Shown here: positions 10,943 through 21,034 of the stretch, one piece after another
Numbering within the stretch: the stretch's first letter is position 1
How the letters are laid out: each line of letters opens with the position of its first letter
From: Gammaproteobacteria bacterium
Lineage (GTDB): Bacteria > Pseudomonadota > Gammaproteobacteria > UBA4575
Direction: 5' to 3'
Assembly: GCA_965221955.1 (NCBI GenBank)
Contig: CBDCTA010000002.1
Location: 32,001-96,000, forward strand
Length of the DNA: 64,000 nt
The notes under the pieces: model-generated
What the model was told of the DNA's origin: nothing
Databases searched by the model: none
What the model saw: only the letters and a program-made list of their open reading frames with translations
Translations under genes and position numbers: made by a program

Positions 10943-13057
10943 GTGGATAGTGCTTTACATACTTTTAAAGAATTTACAAAAAATGGCTTAGGTACACCAT
11001 TATTGGTGGTCATGATGTTTAGCATGATGATAGTGCCATTGCCGCCCTTTGCTTTGGATTTGGTTTTTACATTTAACATTGCGCTTGCATTAATCATTAT
11101 CTTGGTAAGTATTTATACCTTAAGGCCGCTCGATTTTGCTGTTTTTCCTACGGTTTTGCTCGTAGCGACTATGCTGCGCTTAGCGCTTAATGTTGCTTCT
11201 ACACGCGTTGTACTGTTAAACGGACACACGGGTACAGATGCAGCAGGAAATGTAATTGAGTCATTTGGAAATTTTGTTGTTGGTGGAAATTATGCAGTAG
11301 GTTTTGTTGTGTTTGCGATTTTAGTCATTATCAACTTCGTTGTAGTGACTAAAGGTGCAGGTCGTGTTTCTGAAGTAAGTGCACGTTTTACTTTGGATGC
11401 CATGCCAGGCAAACAAATGGCAATTGATGCGGATTTAAATTCAGGACTCATTTCTCAAGAAGAAGCTTTAAAGAGAAGAGAAGACATTTCAAAAGAAGCA
11501 GATTTTTATGGCTCTATGGATGGTGCAAGCAAGTTTGTACGAGGTGATGCCATCGCAGGTATTTTAATTATCTTCATAAATATCATTGGTGGTTTAGCGG
11601 TAGGTATGGGGCAGCACGATTTAAGTTTCAGTGTCGCTACTCAAAACTATCTTCTTTTATCAATTGGGGATGGGCTAGTAGCGCAAATACCATCATTACT
11701 ATTATCTACTGCCACTGCAATTATTGTTACACGCGTATCTGCTTCGCAAAACATGGGTGATACCGTAGTCAGTCAAGTATTTAGTGATAAGCGTGTGTGG
11801 ATGGTAACGGCAGCAATTATTGGTGGTATGGGACTCATTCCTGGGATGCCAAATGTCGTGTTCTTAATTATTTCAGCGCTATGTTTAGTTTTTTCACGCA
11901 TGACGGTGAATAACACACAAGAAGAGGAAAATCCTGAAGCTGAACTAGATGAAGAAGCTGAACCTGCGCCTGATGATGTTGAACTAAATTGGGGAGACAT
12001 GCAGAGCGTAGATGTGATTCGCTTAGAAGTGGGTTATCGGCTTATTTCATTAGTCGATAAAGAACAACAAGGTGAACTGATTGGACGTATTAAAGGTGTT
12101 CGCAAAAAAGTTTCACAAGATCTTGGCTTCCTGCTTCAGCCTGTACATATTCGCGACAATTTAGATTTGCCGGCAAATAATTACCGCATTGTGATTCAAG
12201 GTGTAATTGAAGGTGAGGGTGAAGTTTATCCTGAGCGTGAATTAGCGATTAATCCTGGAAATGTAAGCGGTAAAGTGGATGGTATTGCTACTAAAGATCC
12301 TGCATTTGAAATGGAAGCGATTTGGATTGAACCCAGTCATCGCGATCAAGCTCAGACATTAGGTTATACCGTAGTGGACCCTAGTACTGTGGTAGCAACA
12401 CACCTCAGTAAAATACTGCGTGAAAGTGCGCATTACTTCCTAGGCTATGATGAAACTAAACAGCTTCTAGACAAACTAGCCGAACGTTCACCTCAATTAG
12501 TTGAAGATTTAGTTCCTAAAACTTTACCAATGAGCGCAATCGTTAAGGTAATGCAAAACCTATTACAAGAAGGTGTACCAATTAGGGATATTCGAACAAT
12601 CGTTGAAACTTTGGCGGAAGCGGCAAACACTAGCCAAAATACTGACGTTTTAACAGCTATTGTTCGTGTTGCCTTGCGAAGGGCAATTGTCCAGGAAATC
12701 AACGGGATGCGTAAAGATTTATCCGTATTTACGCTTTCACCAAAGTTGGAACAGTTATTGCAAAAGACTATACATGATGGACCAGAAAGTTATTTTGCTT
12801 TAGAGCCAACGTTAGCAGAAAAGATGCAAGATTCAGTACGAGAAATAGCGCAACAGCAGGAGGCAGTAGGTTTGCCACCAGTGCTTTTAGTTACAAGTAG
12901 TTTGCGTGTAATGCTATCAAAATTATTTAGAACCAGTGTTAAAAATCTACATATTTTATCTTTTGATGAAATACCAGAGAGTAAGAGAATTAATATTACC
13001 GCTAGTGTAGGCGATCAACATGAAGATGCTCAACAACTACCAGTAACTGCAGCTTAA
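10943..13057 (+). CDS. flhA: Flagellar export protein FlhA
   Basis: RFTLDAMPGKQMAIDADL, FYGSMDGASKFVRGDAIAG. Confidence 0.97.
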   Translation: MDSALHTFKEFTKNGLGTPLLVVMMFSMMIVPLPPFALDLVFTFNIALALIIILVSIYTLRPLDFAVFPTVLLVATMLRLALNVASTRVVLLNGHTGTDAAGNVIESFGNFVVGGNYAVGFVVFAILVIINFVVVTKGAGRVSEVSARFTLDAMPGKQMAIDADLNSGLISQEEALKRREDISKEADFYGSMDGASKFVRGDAIAGILIIFINIIGGLAVGMGQHDLSFSVATQNYLLLSIGDGLVAQIPSLLLSTATAIIVTRVSASQNMGDTVVSQVFSDKRVWMVTAAIIGGMGLIPGMPNVVFLIISALCLVFSRMTVNNTQEEENPEAELDEEAEPAPDDVELNWGDMQSVDVIRLEVGYRLISLVDKEQQGELIGRIKGVRKKVSQDLGFLLQPVHIRDNLDLPANNYRIVIQGVIEGEGEVYPERELAINPGNVSGKVDGIATKDPAFEMEAIWIEPSHRDQAQTLGYTVVDPSTVVATHLSKILRESAHYFLGYDETKQLLDKLAERSPQLVEDLVPKTLPMSAIVKVMQNLLQEGVPIRDIRTIVETLAEAANTSQNTDVLTAIVRVALRRAIVQEINGMRKDLSVFTLSPKLEQLLQKTIHDGPESYFALEPTLAEKMQDSVREIAQQQEAVGLPPVLLVTSSLRVMLSKLFRTSVKNLHILSFDEIPESKRINITASVGDQHEDAQQLPVTAA

Positions 13058-13101
13058 CCATCTTATGTAAGGAATAGTGAATTAATGAAGGATATAACAA
13101 T

Positions 13102-14292
13102 ATGAATATGAAAAGATTTCACGAAAAAAACATGCATACAGCACTACAAAAGATTCGTGAAGAGCTGGGTGACAACGCAGTAATTATTTCTTCTAACCAA
13201 AACTCGAATGGAGTTGAAGTCGTAGCAGCAACGGATTATGAAGCCGTAGCGAATAGTGATGTGGTTCCAAATATAGAAGCATTCGAAGAAGTACCAATGA
13301 ATGATGCTGAATACAGCCAGCAAAAGAATAAACAAAATATTGAATTACAACCCGTCATACAACAAATTGACACCTCTGCTATAGAGGAAGAAATTACTCA
13401 ATTGCGCACAATTATTGAGTCGCAAACAGAGTTAATAAGTTGGAGAAAGCTTAGAGACCAAAATCCAAACACTAGAAAGTTATTGCAAAAATTATCAATA
13501 AGTGGATTTGGCTTTAATCTAAGTAAAAAATTACTCGGTAATGTAAAAGATGTTAACGATTTTGATTGTGCGTGGAGTGAGATAGAGAATGGCTTAAAAG
13601 AAAATATTTCAATTACACAAGAAAGCGTTATTGAAGAAGGCGGAATCGTTGCGCTTGTAGGACCTACTGGAGTTGGAAAAACTACTACGATTGCAAAAAT
13701 TGCAGCTCAATATGCAATTTCACATGGTAACAATAATATTGCAATAATTAGCACGGATCATTTTAGGATCGGAGCGCATGACCAAATTAGTATCTATGGA
13801 AGCATTCTAAATGTTCCGGTTATTACTGCTAATAATGAATCTGAATTGCATAAAGCACTTAAGATTGTTAAGAACAAGAGACTCGTATTAATTGATACCG
13901 CGGGTTTAAGTCAGCGAGATGCACGGGTTCATGAAATCACTAGTACACTAAGTAAATTATCAAAGGAATTAATAAGCTATTTAGTGGTTTCGGCAAATTC
14001 TCAACTATGTGTTCAAAAAGAAGTAATTAACAAATTTGGTTCAGACAACCTCAGTGGAGTGGTAATTAGTAAAACCGATGAAGCTTCGCAAATTGGTGGA
14101 ATTTTAACTGCTCTCATTGAGCAAAAATTACCTCTTGCCTATGAAACTACTGGTCAAAGGGTCCCTGAAGATATAAATCGCCCAAATCAAGAACAAATAT
14201 TAACTAAGGCGTTCGTCTTTGGTGAGAGGTTTGGAAGTATGGAGTCACTTCACTCAACAGAATTATATAGTGAGCTTGTAAAAAATGTTTGA
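13102..14292 (+). CDS. flhF: SRP-type GTPase FlhF
   Basis: ELGDNAVIIS, GPTGVGKTTT, DTAG, SKTDE, TGQRVPEDI. Confidence 0.95.
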   Translation: MNMKRFHEKNMHTALQKIREELGDNAVIISSNQNSNGVEVVAATDYEAVANSDVVPNIEAFEEVPMNDAEYSQQKNKQNIELQPVIQQIDTSAIEEEITQLRTIIESQTELISWRKLRDQNPNTRKLLQKLSISGFGFNLSKKLLGNVKDVNDFDCAWSEIENGLKENISITQESVIEEGGIVALVGPTGVGKTTTIAKIAAQYAISHGNNNIAIISTDHFRIGAHDQISIYGSILNVPVITANNESELHKALKIVKNKRLVLIDTAGLSQRDARVHEITSTLSKLSKELISYLVVSANSQLCVQKEVINKFGSDNLSGVVISKTDEASQIGGILTALIEQKLPLAYETTGQRVPEDINRPNQEQILTKAFVFGERFGSMESLHSTELYSELVKNV

Positions 14293-15169
14293 ACAAAATA
14301 ATTGTAGTGTAATCCCTATTGATCAAGCTTCTTCTTTAAGAAGAATGAATACTGCTGATGGCATTAATGTATTAGCAGTTACAGGTGGAAAAGGTGGCGT
14401 GGGAAAAACCAGTATTGCCATTAACTTAGCGATTGCATTAGCAGATCAACAAAGAAAAGTGATGCTATTAGATGCAGATTTTGGGTTATCAAATATTGAT
14501 GTAATGCTAGGTTTGCGTGCAAGTAAAAATTTACACCACGTACTGCATAACGAATGTAATGTTGAGGACATCATACTGTCAGGGCCACACGGTATACAGA
14601 TTATACCTTCTGCTTCTGGTGTTAAAGAAATGGCCAATCTAAGTGTTCAGCAGCATATGGGCATTATTGATTCAATTTCAGAATACAATCCCTCGCTCGA
14701 TTATTTCATCATTGATACAGCTGCAGGTATTAGCAATAGCGTATCACTATTCACTCATTTGGCAAACAATATATTAATTGTTGTATGTGATGAGCCTGCT
14801 TCCTTGGCAGATGCATATGCGCTGATCAAGGTATTAAGTAGAAATAATACTAAACAAAAATTTCGCATTCTGAGCAACATGGTTGAATCAAGTGCGCATG
14901 GTGAACGTTTATTTTCACAATTAGAAAAAGTGTCTAACCGCTTTTTAGGTACGTCTCTAGATTATTGTGGTTATATTCCAAATGATAAATACGTTAGGAA
15001 AGCAACTAAAAAACAATGTTCGGTTATTGATGCCTATCCAACCAGTCGTTCTTCATTGGGGTTTGCACGGCTAGCAAGAAAAATTAGTAGTTGGCCGGCT
15101 GATACAGATGTGAGTGGAGCCATTGAGTTGTTTTTATCGCAGCAGTTAACAAACCAAAAAACGAATTAA
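14285..15169 (+). CDS. flhG: MinD-like flagellar number regulator FlhG/FleN
   Basis: DQASSLR, GGKGGVGKT, DADFGLSN; between flhF and fliA. Confidence 0.94.
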   Translation: MFEQNNCSVIPIDQASSLRRMNTADGINVLAVTGGKGGVGKTSIAINLAIALADQQRKVMLLDADFGLSNIDVMLGLRASKNLHHVLHNECNVEDIILSGPHGIQIIPSASGVKEMANLSVQQHMGIIDSISEYNPSLDYFIIDTAAGISNSVSLFTHLANNILIVVCDEPASLADAYALIKVLSRNNTKQKFRILSNMVESSAHGERLFSQLEKVSNRFLGTSLDYCGYIPNDKYVRKATKKQCSVIDAYPTSRSSLGFARLARKISSWPADTDVSGAIELFLSQQLTNQKTN

Positions 15170-15180
15170 AAATAAAAAAT

Positions 15181-15915
15181 ATGAGTGAATCAGCAGCAGC
15201 AAGTTACACTGAAGTACAAAACCTAAATATTGAGAGTGTTGTAACGCAACACGCATCTTTGGTAAAAAGAATTGCATACCATTTGAAGGGTAGATTGCCT
15301 GATACAGTTTTAGTTGATGATTTAATACAGTCAGGAATGGTTGGTTTACTCGAGGCTGCAAAGAATTTTAATCCTACTCAGGGTGCGAGTTTTGAAACTT
15401 ATGCAGGCATACGTATTCGTGGCGCGATGTTAGATGAAATTAGGCGTGGAGATTGGACGCCACGATCTGTGCATCGTAAATCTAGAGATATGATGGAAGC
15501 GATTAGAAAAGTAGAAAATCGAACCTTATCAAGTGCTACAGATACAGAAATTGCTCAAGAGATGGGGATAGATTTAAACGAATATAACAAAATTTTACGC
15601 GATTCATCTGTCGCACAAGTATTCAGTATCGATGATAGCGAGGAATCCTCAGATTACAAAATTGAAATGGGTTCTGATTCTGACCCAGATAAAGAATATG
15701 TTGATGAAGCATTTCATTCGGAACTAACATCTGCAATTAATCAACTACCAGAGCGTGAACGTTTAGTGATGTCTTTATACTATGAAGAAGAAATGAACTT
15801 GCGTGAAATTGGTAGTCTCTTAGAAGTGAGTGAGTCACGAGTTTGTCAGATACATGGTAAAGCACTCGTCATGCTTCGAGCTAAATTGAGCGAATGGTTA
15901 GAAAATAAAAATTAA
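15181..15915 (+). CDS. fliA: RNA polymerase sigma-28 factor FliA
   Basis: DDLIQSGMVGL, RIRGAMLDEIRRGDWTPRSV, VSESRVCQIH. Confidence 0.97.
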   Translation: MSESAAASYTEVQNLNIESVVTQHASLVKRIAYHLKGRLPDTVLVDDLIQSGMVGLLEAAKNFNPTQGASFETYAGIRIRGAMLDEIRRGDWTPRSVHRKSRDMMEAIRKVENRTLSSATDTEIAQEMGIDLNEYNKILRDSSVAQVFSIDDSEESSDYKIEMGSDSDPDKEYVDEAFHSELTSAINQLPERERLVMSLYYEEEMNLREIGSLLEVSESRVCQIHGKALVMLRAKLSEWLENKN

Positions 15916-15986
15916 TATCAAAAAAGGACTAATTTAATTTACATAAAGGATTGATAGGAAAACATAAATGATTTAAGAGTTTTTAA

Positions 15987-16160
15987 ATGGTTGATAGCAA
16001 CAAAATTGGTTCATTAACTAGAACTTGGCCAACTCAGCCAATCAAAAAAGATCGTCCAGATCAAAATAAAAAACATAGAAACAAGCAAGACGATCAGGTA
16101 AAACAAAAAAGTGATGAGCCTAAAGATCCTGGCGATACAATCATTGATGAATACGTATGA
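15987..16160 (+). CDS. Unannotated 57-aa protein, probably flagellum-associated (MVDSNKIG...IIDEYV)
   Basis: Translated by hand; stop overlaps next ATG (ATGA); C-terminal IDEYV resembles the FliK end LDAYA. Confidence 0.65.
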   Translation: MVDSNKIGSLTRTWPTQPIKKDRPDQNKKHRNKQDDQVKQKSDEPKDPGDTIIDEYV

Positions 16161-16639
16161 TCAAAAAAGAGGTAATTATGGAAGTTTATAGTGTAACTTT
16201 AGAATATTTTATAAACCTATTTAGCAGTATCTCTATGCATGTTATCTCTAACTATGAAATTTCAATTTTATTATTATCTATGTTGGTAATATTAATTTCA
16301 GCATTCGTATTCAACCGAAAAATAATAAAATTAGAAAAAACACAGTTCAATGATATAGATGATATTACTAGTTATAGTCGTTTGATCGATGACGAGTTGG
16401 GTATTCTAAGAAAACAACAAGATGAACTTAACCAAGTCATCAATAGTTCTGAGGTGAAAATAACATCAAATGCAGGCTCAGCTAAAGAAGGAAAGCTATT
16501 TACTAACACACCTTATTCACAAGCTGTGCAACTAGCTCGACGTGGATATGCAAGAGAAGACATTATTTCTCTATGTTCACTTACAGACTCTGAAGCAGAA
16601 CTGATTCTTGCTCTACATTCAAATACAGAAGCTGCGTAA
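16157..16639 (+). CDS. DUF2802-like membrane-anchored protein
   Basis: TM, coiled coil and C-terminal PYSQAVQLARRG...CSLTDSEAELILALH. Confidence 0.8.
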   Translation: MIKKEVIMEVYSVTLEYFINLFSSISMHVISNYEISILLLSMLVILISAFVFNRKIIKLEKTQFNDIDDITSYSRLIDDELGILRKQQDELNQVINSSEVKITSNAGSAKEGKLFTNTPYSQAVQLARRGYAREDIISLCSLTDSEAELILALHSNTEAA

Positions 16640-16691
16640 CACTTTATTTAAATTATATTTAGTAATATTTAAATAGTTACAAATAATTAAC

Positions 16692-16718
16692 TCAAGAAAT
16701 CTATAATCTAGTCGATAT
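16692..16718 (+). promoter_or_regulatory. Putative sigma28 promoter
   Basis: TCAA-N15-GTCGATAT before ORF 16745. Confidence 0.45.
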
Positions 16719-16744
16719 ATCCTTTCATATAGGGATATATCGAT

Positions 16745-16933
16745 ATGTATTACAAGTGTACATGGTGTAAGAAACGAATAGTTTCACCACCAGTTTATTA
16801 CACACAAGGGTTTCCAACTTTACAGCCTGGCTTTGAAGTGTATTGCAATGCTGCTTGCTCCTTATTTGCATATGGGTCTGTATCAAAGTCCCATATTCCA
16901 ATAGAACAAAATTCTAGCCCCAAAAAAGCCTGA
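16745..16933 (+). CDS. Small Cys-rich putative metal-binding protein
   Basis: CTWC...YCNAAC pattern like TRASH/MYM zinc fingers; AGGGA RBS. Confidence 0.55.
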   Translation: MYYKCTWCKKRIVSPPVYYTQGFPTLQPGFEVYCNAACSLFAYGSVSKSHIPIEQNSSPKKA

Positions 16934-16975
16934 TATGCGAGTAAAAATATATTTATTTCAATAAGTTACTTTGTT

Positions 16976-17002
16976 TAAAGTAGTTCTTTCTAAGGCCGAT
17001 AA
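16976..17002 (+). promoter_or_regulatory. sigma28 (FliA) promoter upstream of the ion channel gene
   Basis: TAAA-N15-GCCGATAA, exact consensus. Confidence 0.8.
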
Positions 17003-17112
17003 ATTAAATAAGAGTTATTGGCTATGGGTAGCAGATTTTCTACCTTTTTCAATAGCTGACTAAATTCGCTGATTCTTATATTTGCTGCATAGGATGCTAA
17101 ATAAAATCATAC

Positions 17113-18159
17113 GTGAGTATTTATGCAATGGAGTATGCATTGAAGAAGATTTTGTCTAGACAGCGCACTTTTGAAATCTTAGAAATAGCTTCATCAGGAG
17201 ACAAAACAAGCCGCTTAGTAGATATTGTTTTGATAGCGCTCATATTACTTAGTGTATTAGCAATTATTCTAGAGTCTGTCCAGGTTATTAATGCTTCATA
17301 TCATGAGTACTTTTTTTGGTTTGAAGTCTTTTCGGTATCAATTTTTACACTTGAATATGTGTTAAGAATTTGGTCATGTATAGATAATCCTTGTAATGAA
17401 AATAATAAAGTAAGTAATTTTAAATTAAGACTTCGTTATAGTGCATCATTTTCTGCTGTCATTGATTTGCTTGCAATATTGCCTTTCTATTTCATGATGC
17501 TTGGTTTGTTTGGTAATGTAGATATGAGGTTCCTGCGCGCTTTCCGTTTACTCAGGATATTTAAGCTGACTAGATATTCTTCTTCTTTTGATATTTTAAC
17601 GACTGTCTTTAAAGAAAATTTGCATGCTTTTGGCGCAGCATTTTTTGTTTTACTAGTTGTAATGTTGTTAGCTGCATCAGGTATGTACTATTTTGAGCAT
17701 GATTCGCAACCTAAAGAGTTTTCTAGCATCATTGCCTCAATGTGGTGGGCGTTTACTACTTTAACAACAGTAGGCTATGGTGATGTCACGCCAATAACAG
17801 CTGGTGGCAAAGCGTTTGGTGCACTTATAACAGTAGTTGGAGTAGGTATGGTTGCGCTTCCTACAGGTATATTGGCTTCAGCCTTTTCTGAGCAATTACG
17901 TTTACGTGCTAATAAATATGAAAATTTGGCGGATAGAGCTTATGAGGATGGTATTTTAACCGCAGACGAAAAAGAAGAACTAGAATCTTTACGCGAAGAG
18001 TTAGGAATTGCAAAAGGTGTAGCAGAACAAATTTTAGCAAATGAAGAAGAAAAGCTTGTGGCACAGAAGATATGTGCAGTTGAAAAGTGTCCGCATTGTG
18101 GAAATAAATTAGCTGATACAGATAAAACAAGCCCAATTACCTTAGTCAAGGCTGTTTAA
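17113..18159 (+). CDS. Voltage-gated K+ channel (6-TM ion transporter)
   Basis: Selectivity filter TTVGYGD; S4 RFLRAFRLLRIFKLTR; C-terminal CPHC. Confidence 0.92.
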   Translation: MSIYAMEYALKKILSRQRTFEILEIASSGDKTSRLVDIVLIALILLSVLAIILESVQVINASYHEYFFWFEVFSVSIFTLEYVLRIWSCIDNPCNENNKVSNFKLRLRYSASFSAVIDLLAILPFYFMMLGLFGNVDMRFLRAFRLLRIFKLTRYSSSFDILTTVFKENLHAFGAAFFVLLVVMLLAASGMYYFEHDSQPKEFSSIIASMWWAFTTLTTVGYGDVTPITAGGKAFGALITVVGVGMVALPTGILASAFSEQLRLRANKYENLADRAYEDGILTADEKEELESLREELGIAKGVAEQILANEEEKLVAQKICAVEKCPHCGNKLADTDKTSPITLVKAV

Positions 18160-18297
18160 GTGGTTTAAATAGGCAAGCCATAACTGATGTAGAGAACGAC
18201 GAAGTGCTAGAAATTATCTAGGAAATTGGTGTTGAATTATGCCGAAGACTATTGGGTAAGAGATACCAAAAGAATGCTATAAATAGCCATTTTTGAT

Positions 18298-18324
18298 TCA
18301 AGTAATCCCCAGTTTGACCGTTAA
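18298..18324 (+). promoter_or_regulatory. Putative sigma28 promoter of the HDOD-GGDEF gene
   Basis: TCAA-N15-ACCGTTAA. Confidence 0.4.
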
Positions 18325-18388
18325 CTTAATGAAGTAAACCAAACCTATTCATAGTCTAGGAATAAAGTCGCAAGAAATAAGGATAGAC

Positions 18389-19933
18389 GTGGCATTATTA
18401 AATAACCCTGATTTAGTAGCTCGATTAGAGCGTTGTATAGATTTGCCTACACCACCCGGTGTGGCTGAACAAATCATTGAGTTAAGTGCAGATCCAAACA
18501 GTGATATAGGTGTATTGGCTGAAGTTGTTAGTCTAGATCCGGCTTTAACAGTTAAAGTTCTGCGCATGGCAAATTCTCCCATGTATGCAAGAAATGCGAA
18601 AGTGGAAACGTTAGAACAAGCCGTGATGATGTTTGGGTGGAACGGTACCTTAAACCTAGCATTAAGTTTTTCATTAGTATCAAAAATTAATTCAAACTCA
18701 GATGAAGGGCTTGATTATAACTTCTTCTGGAAACGCTCTATATCGGCAGCTGTATCAGCAAAACATTTTGCTAAGGTTGTTGGCATCGAAAGTAGAAAGG
18801 AAGACCTCTTCTTACCAGGTTTATTACAAGACATCGGTATGCTCGCTTTAGATAAAGCTGTACCAGATTTGTATAACAATATTCTTGATGATCAACATCA
18901 ACACAAAGTTGTGCAAAAAATTGAAAAAGAAAAACTCAGTGTTGACCATGCTGTAGTTGGTGCTTGGTTATTAGACAGATGGAATTTGCCTGAAAGAATA
19001 ATTGATTTAGTTTCTATTAGTCACAATGAAGAGCGTTATGCTAATGTGGGGAACACAACACCTGCCGAAAACTGTATCGAAGTTTCTAATGTTCTTGCTG
19101 ATTGTATCTGTAGTGATGTAGATAAAAAAGACTATGGCTATGCTGCAAATGTATGTGAGAAACTCTTGGGAATTGATCAAGAAGGATTTTTAGATAATCT
19201 AAAAGGTATTGTTGATGAAATTCAAGATACTGCGATAATTTTTGAATTAGATGTTGGTGATCCAAGACTTTTAAATTGTATTGCTGAGCAAGCTAAAGAG
19301 CTATTGTTGTTGCGCAGCATGGAGTCTCTAAAGACTGCTGAAGAATTACATCATGAAGCAGAGTATTTAGAATCTAAAGCAAAAAAACTTGAAGATTCAG
19401 CCAGATTAGATGGACTCACTAAAATATATAACCGTGGATATTTAGAGAAAGCAATTGAGAGTGAATTTGAGTCCTCTAACCTACGAAATTCACCTTTTGC
19501 AGTTGTAATGGTCGACTTAGATCATTTTAAAAAAATAAATGATGAATATGGCCATAGTTGCGGTGATAAAGCTTTAGTCTATGCAGTCGAAATTCTTAGA
19601 TCTTGTATACGTGGAACAGACTCCTTATTTAGATATGGTGGTGAGGAATTTGTAGCGATATTGCCAAATACTAATGATGCGGGAGCAGAAAGTTTCGCCA
19701 CTAGAGTAATCGAAACATTTAATAATAAAAGATTCGTAATTGAAAAAGAAAGTATTAATTTTCCACTCACAGCTTCACTAGGTGTTGTGACACATGGAGA
19801 GAACTATGAGTTTGATAATTGGGAGCATCTGTTAAATATAGCGGACTATTGTTTATATGCATCGAAAGCAAATGGCCGTAATCAATATACGCTGTATAAG
19901 GAAGATGATATAGCAAAGGCTGCTGTGGGTTAA
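18389..19933 (+). CDS. HDOD-GGDEF diguanylate cyclase
   Basis: HDOD (LPTPP, DPALTVKVLRMANS, GLLQDIG); DLDHFKKINDEYGH..GD, RxxD I-site RGTD, RYGGEEF. Confidence 0.92.
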   Translation: MALLNNPDLVARLERCIDLPTPPGVAEQIIELSADPNSDIGVLAEVVSLDPALTVKVLRMANSPMYARNAKVETLEQAVMMFGWNGTLNLALSFSLVSKINSNSDEGLDYNFFWKRSISAAVSAKHFAKVVGIESRKEDLFLPGLLQDIGMLALDKAVPDLYNNILDDQHQHKVVQKIEKEKLSVDHAVVGAWLLDRWNLPERIIDLVSISHNEERYANVGNTTPAENCIEVSNVLADCICSDVDKKDYGYAANVCEKLLGIDQEGFLDNLKGIVDEIQDTAIIFELDVGDPRLLNCIAEQAKELLLLRSMESLKTAEELHHEAEYLESKAKKLEDSARLDGLTKIYNRGYLEKAIESEFESSNLRNSPFAVVMVDLDHFKKINDEYGHSCGDKALVYAVEILRSCIRGTDSLFRYGGEEFVAILPNTNDAGAESFATRVIETFNNKRFVIEKESINFPLTASLGVVTHGENYEFDNWEHLLNIADYCLYASKANGRNQYTLYKEDDIAKAAVG

Positions 19934-19957
19934 TTCATAAATCTAAGAAGTATTATT

Positions 19958-20917
19958 ATGGAACTATGTTTACAAGATTTATTGGACAGTGAAACGTTTG
20001 TCTTATTAGAAGAATGTGGTGACTTGCCAAGCCCTCCAGGTGTGGCAGATCAAATAATTCACCTTAGCTCAAATGCAAATTCTGATATTGATACGCTTGC
20101 TGAAATAGTGAGTTTCGATCCCGCACTTACAGCAAAAATTTTACGTATTGCAAATTCATCTTTATATGCGCGTAGAACAAAAACTGAAAATATTCAACAA
20201 GCAGTTGTTATGTTTGGTTGGGAAGGGACGTTGAATTTAGCACTTAGTTTCTCACTTGTTGGGAATTTAAAGGATGATGGTGATGGCTTGGATTATAGTT
20301 ATTTTTGGAAGCGATCTTTAGCAACAGCAGTTGCATGTCGATGCTTGGCAGGTGCCACGGGCTATACAAAGAAAGAAGAATTATTTCTTCCAGGATTATT
20401 GCAGGATATTGGAATGCTTGCGCTTGATAAAGTGCATCCAGAATTGTATTTAGGAATTGGAAAAAAGCAGCAAGACCATCAAAGTTTGATTGAATTTGAA
20501 AAAAGTAAATTAGGCTTTGATCATGCTGTAGTGGGAGCTTGGTTGTTAAATAAATGGGATATTCCTGAAAAAATTACAGAGCTTGTAGAAGTCAGCCACG
20601 GTAGTGGATTAGATTTATTGGATGATAGCAACAAAGATGCAGCAAAGTGTGTAGCGTTTGCTGGAGAGTTAGCTGACTGCATTTGTTTTGATCACACAGA
20701 CCAGGGATACCTTAAAGAAGCAGATCGAGCTGAGAAAGAATTCGGGATCGATATCTTAGATTTTATGAATTTGATTGGTACTATGACTCGAGAATTTTTA
20801 GAAACTGCGAACGTATTTGATGTCGAAATTGATGATCCTGACATTCTCGAAACAGTAGCTGAAATGGCTAAAATGACGCTTGAATTAAGTGGAGCAAATA
20901 GTAATCAAGCAGCATAA
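19958..20917 (+). CDS. HDOD domain protein, paralogue of the upstream gene lacking GGDEF
   Basis: Shares VMFGW.GTLNLALSFSLV, GLDY..FWKRS, LFLPGLLQDIGMLALDK with 18389. Confidence 0.9.
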   Translation: MELCLQDLLDSETFVLLEECGDLPSPPGVADQIIHLSSNANSDIDTLAEIVSFDPALTAKILRIANSSLYARRTKTENIQQAVVMFGWEGTLNLALSFSLVGNLKDDGDGLDYSYFWKRSLATAVACRCLAGATGYTKKEELFLPGLLQDIGMLALDKVHPELYLGIGKKQQDHQSLIEFEKSKLGFDHAVVGAWLLNKWDIPEKITELVEVSHGSGLDLLDDSNKDAAKCVAFAGELADCICFDHTDQGYLKEADRAEKEFGIDILDFMNLIGTMTREFLETANVFDVEIDDPDILETVAEMAKMTLELSGANSNQAA

Positions 20918-21034
20918 TCAAAAGCTCCTCTCTATAATAATTAATTTTTCCACAATTGTAGCATTCGCTATAATGGTTTCGTTTTATACTTAATATAGTT
21001 TAAGAAATTTAAACTTCTGGATAAACGTATATTT

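Noticed and set aside
18222-18248. Additional sigma28 promoter (GAAA-N15-GCCGAAGA)
   Set aside because: Poor match at both boxes; the 18298 candidate is closer to the gene.
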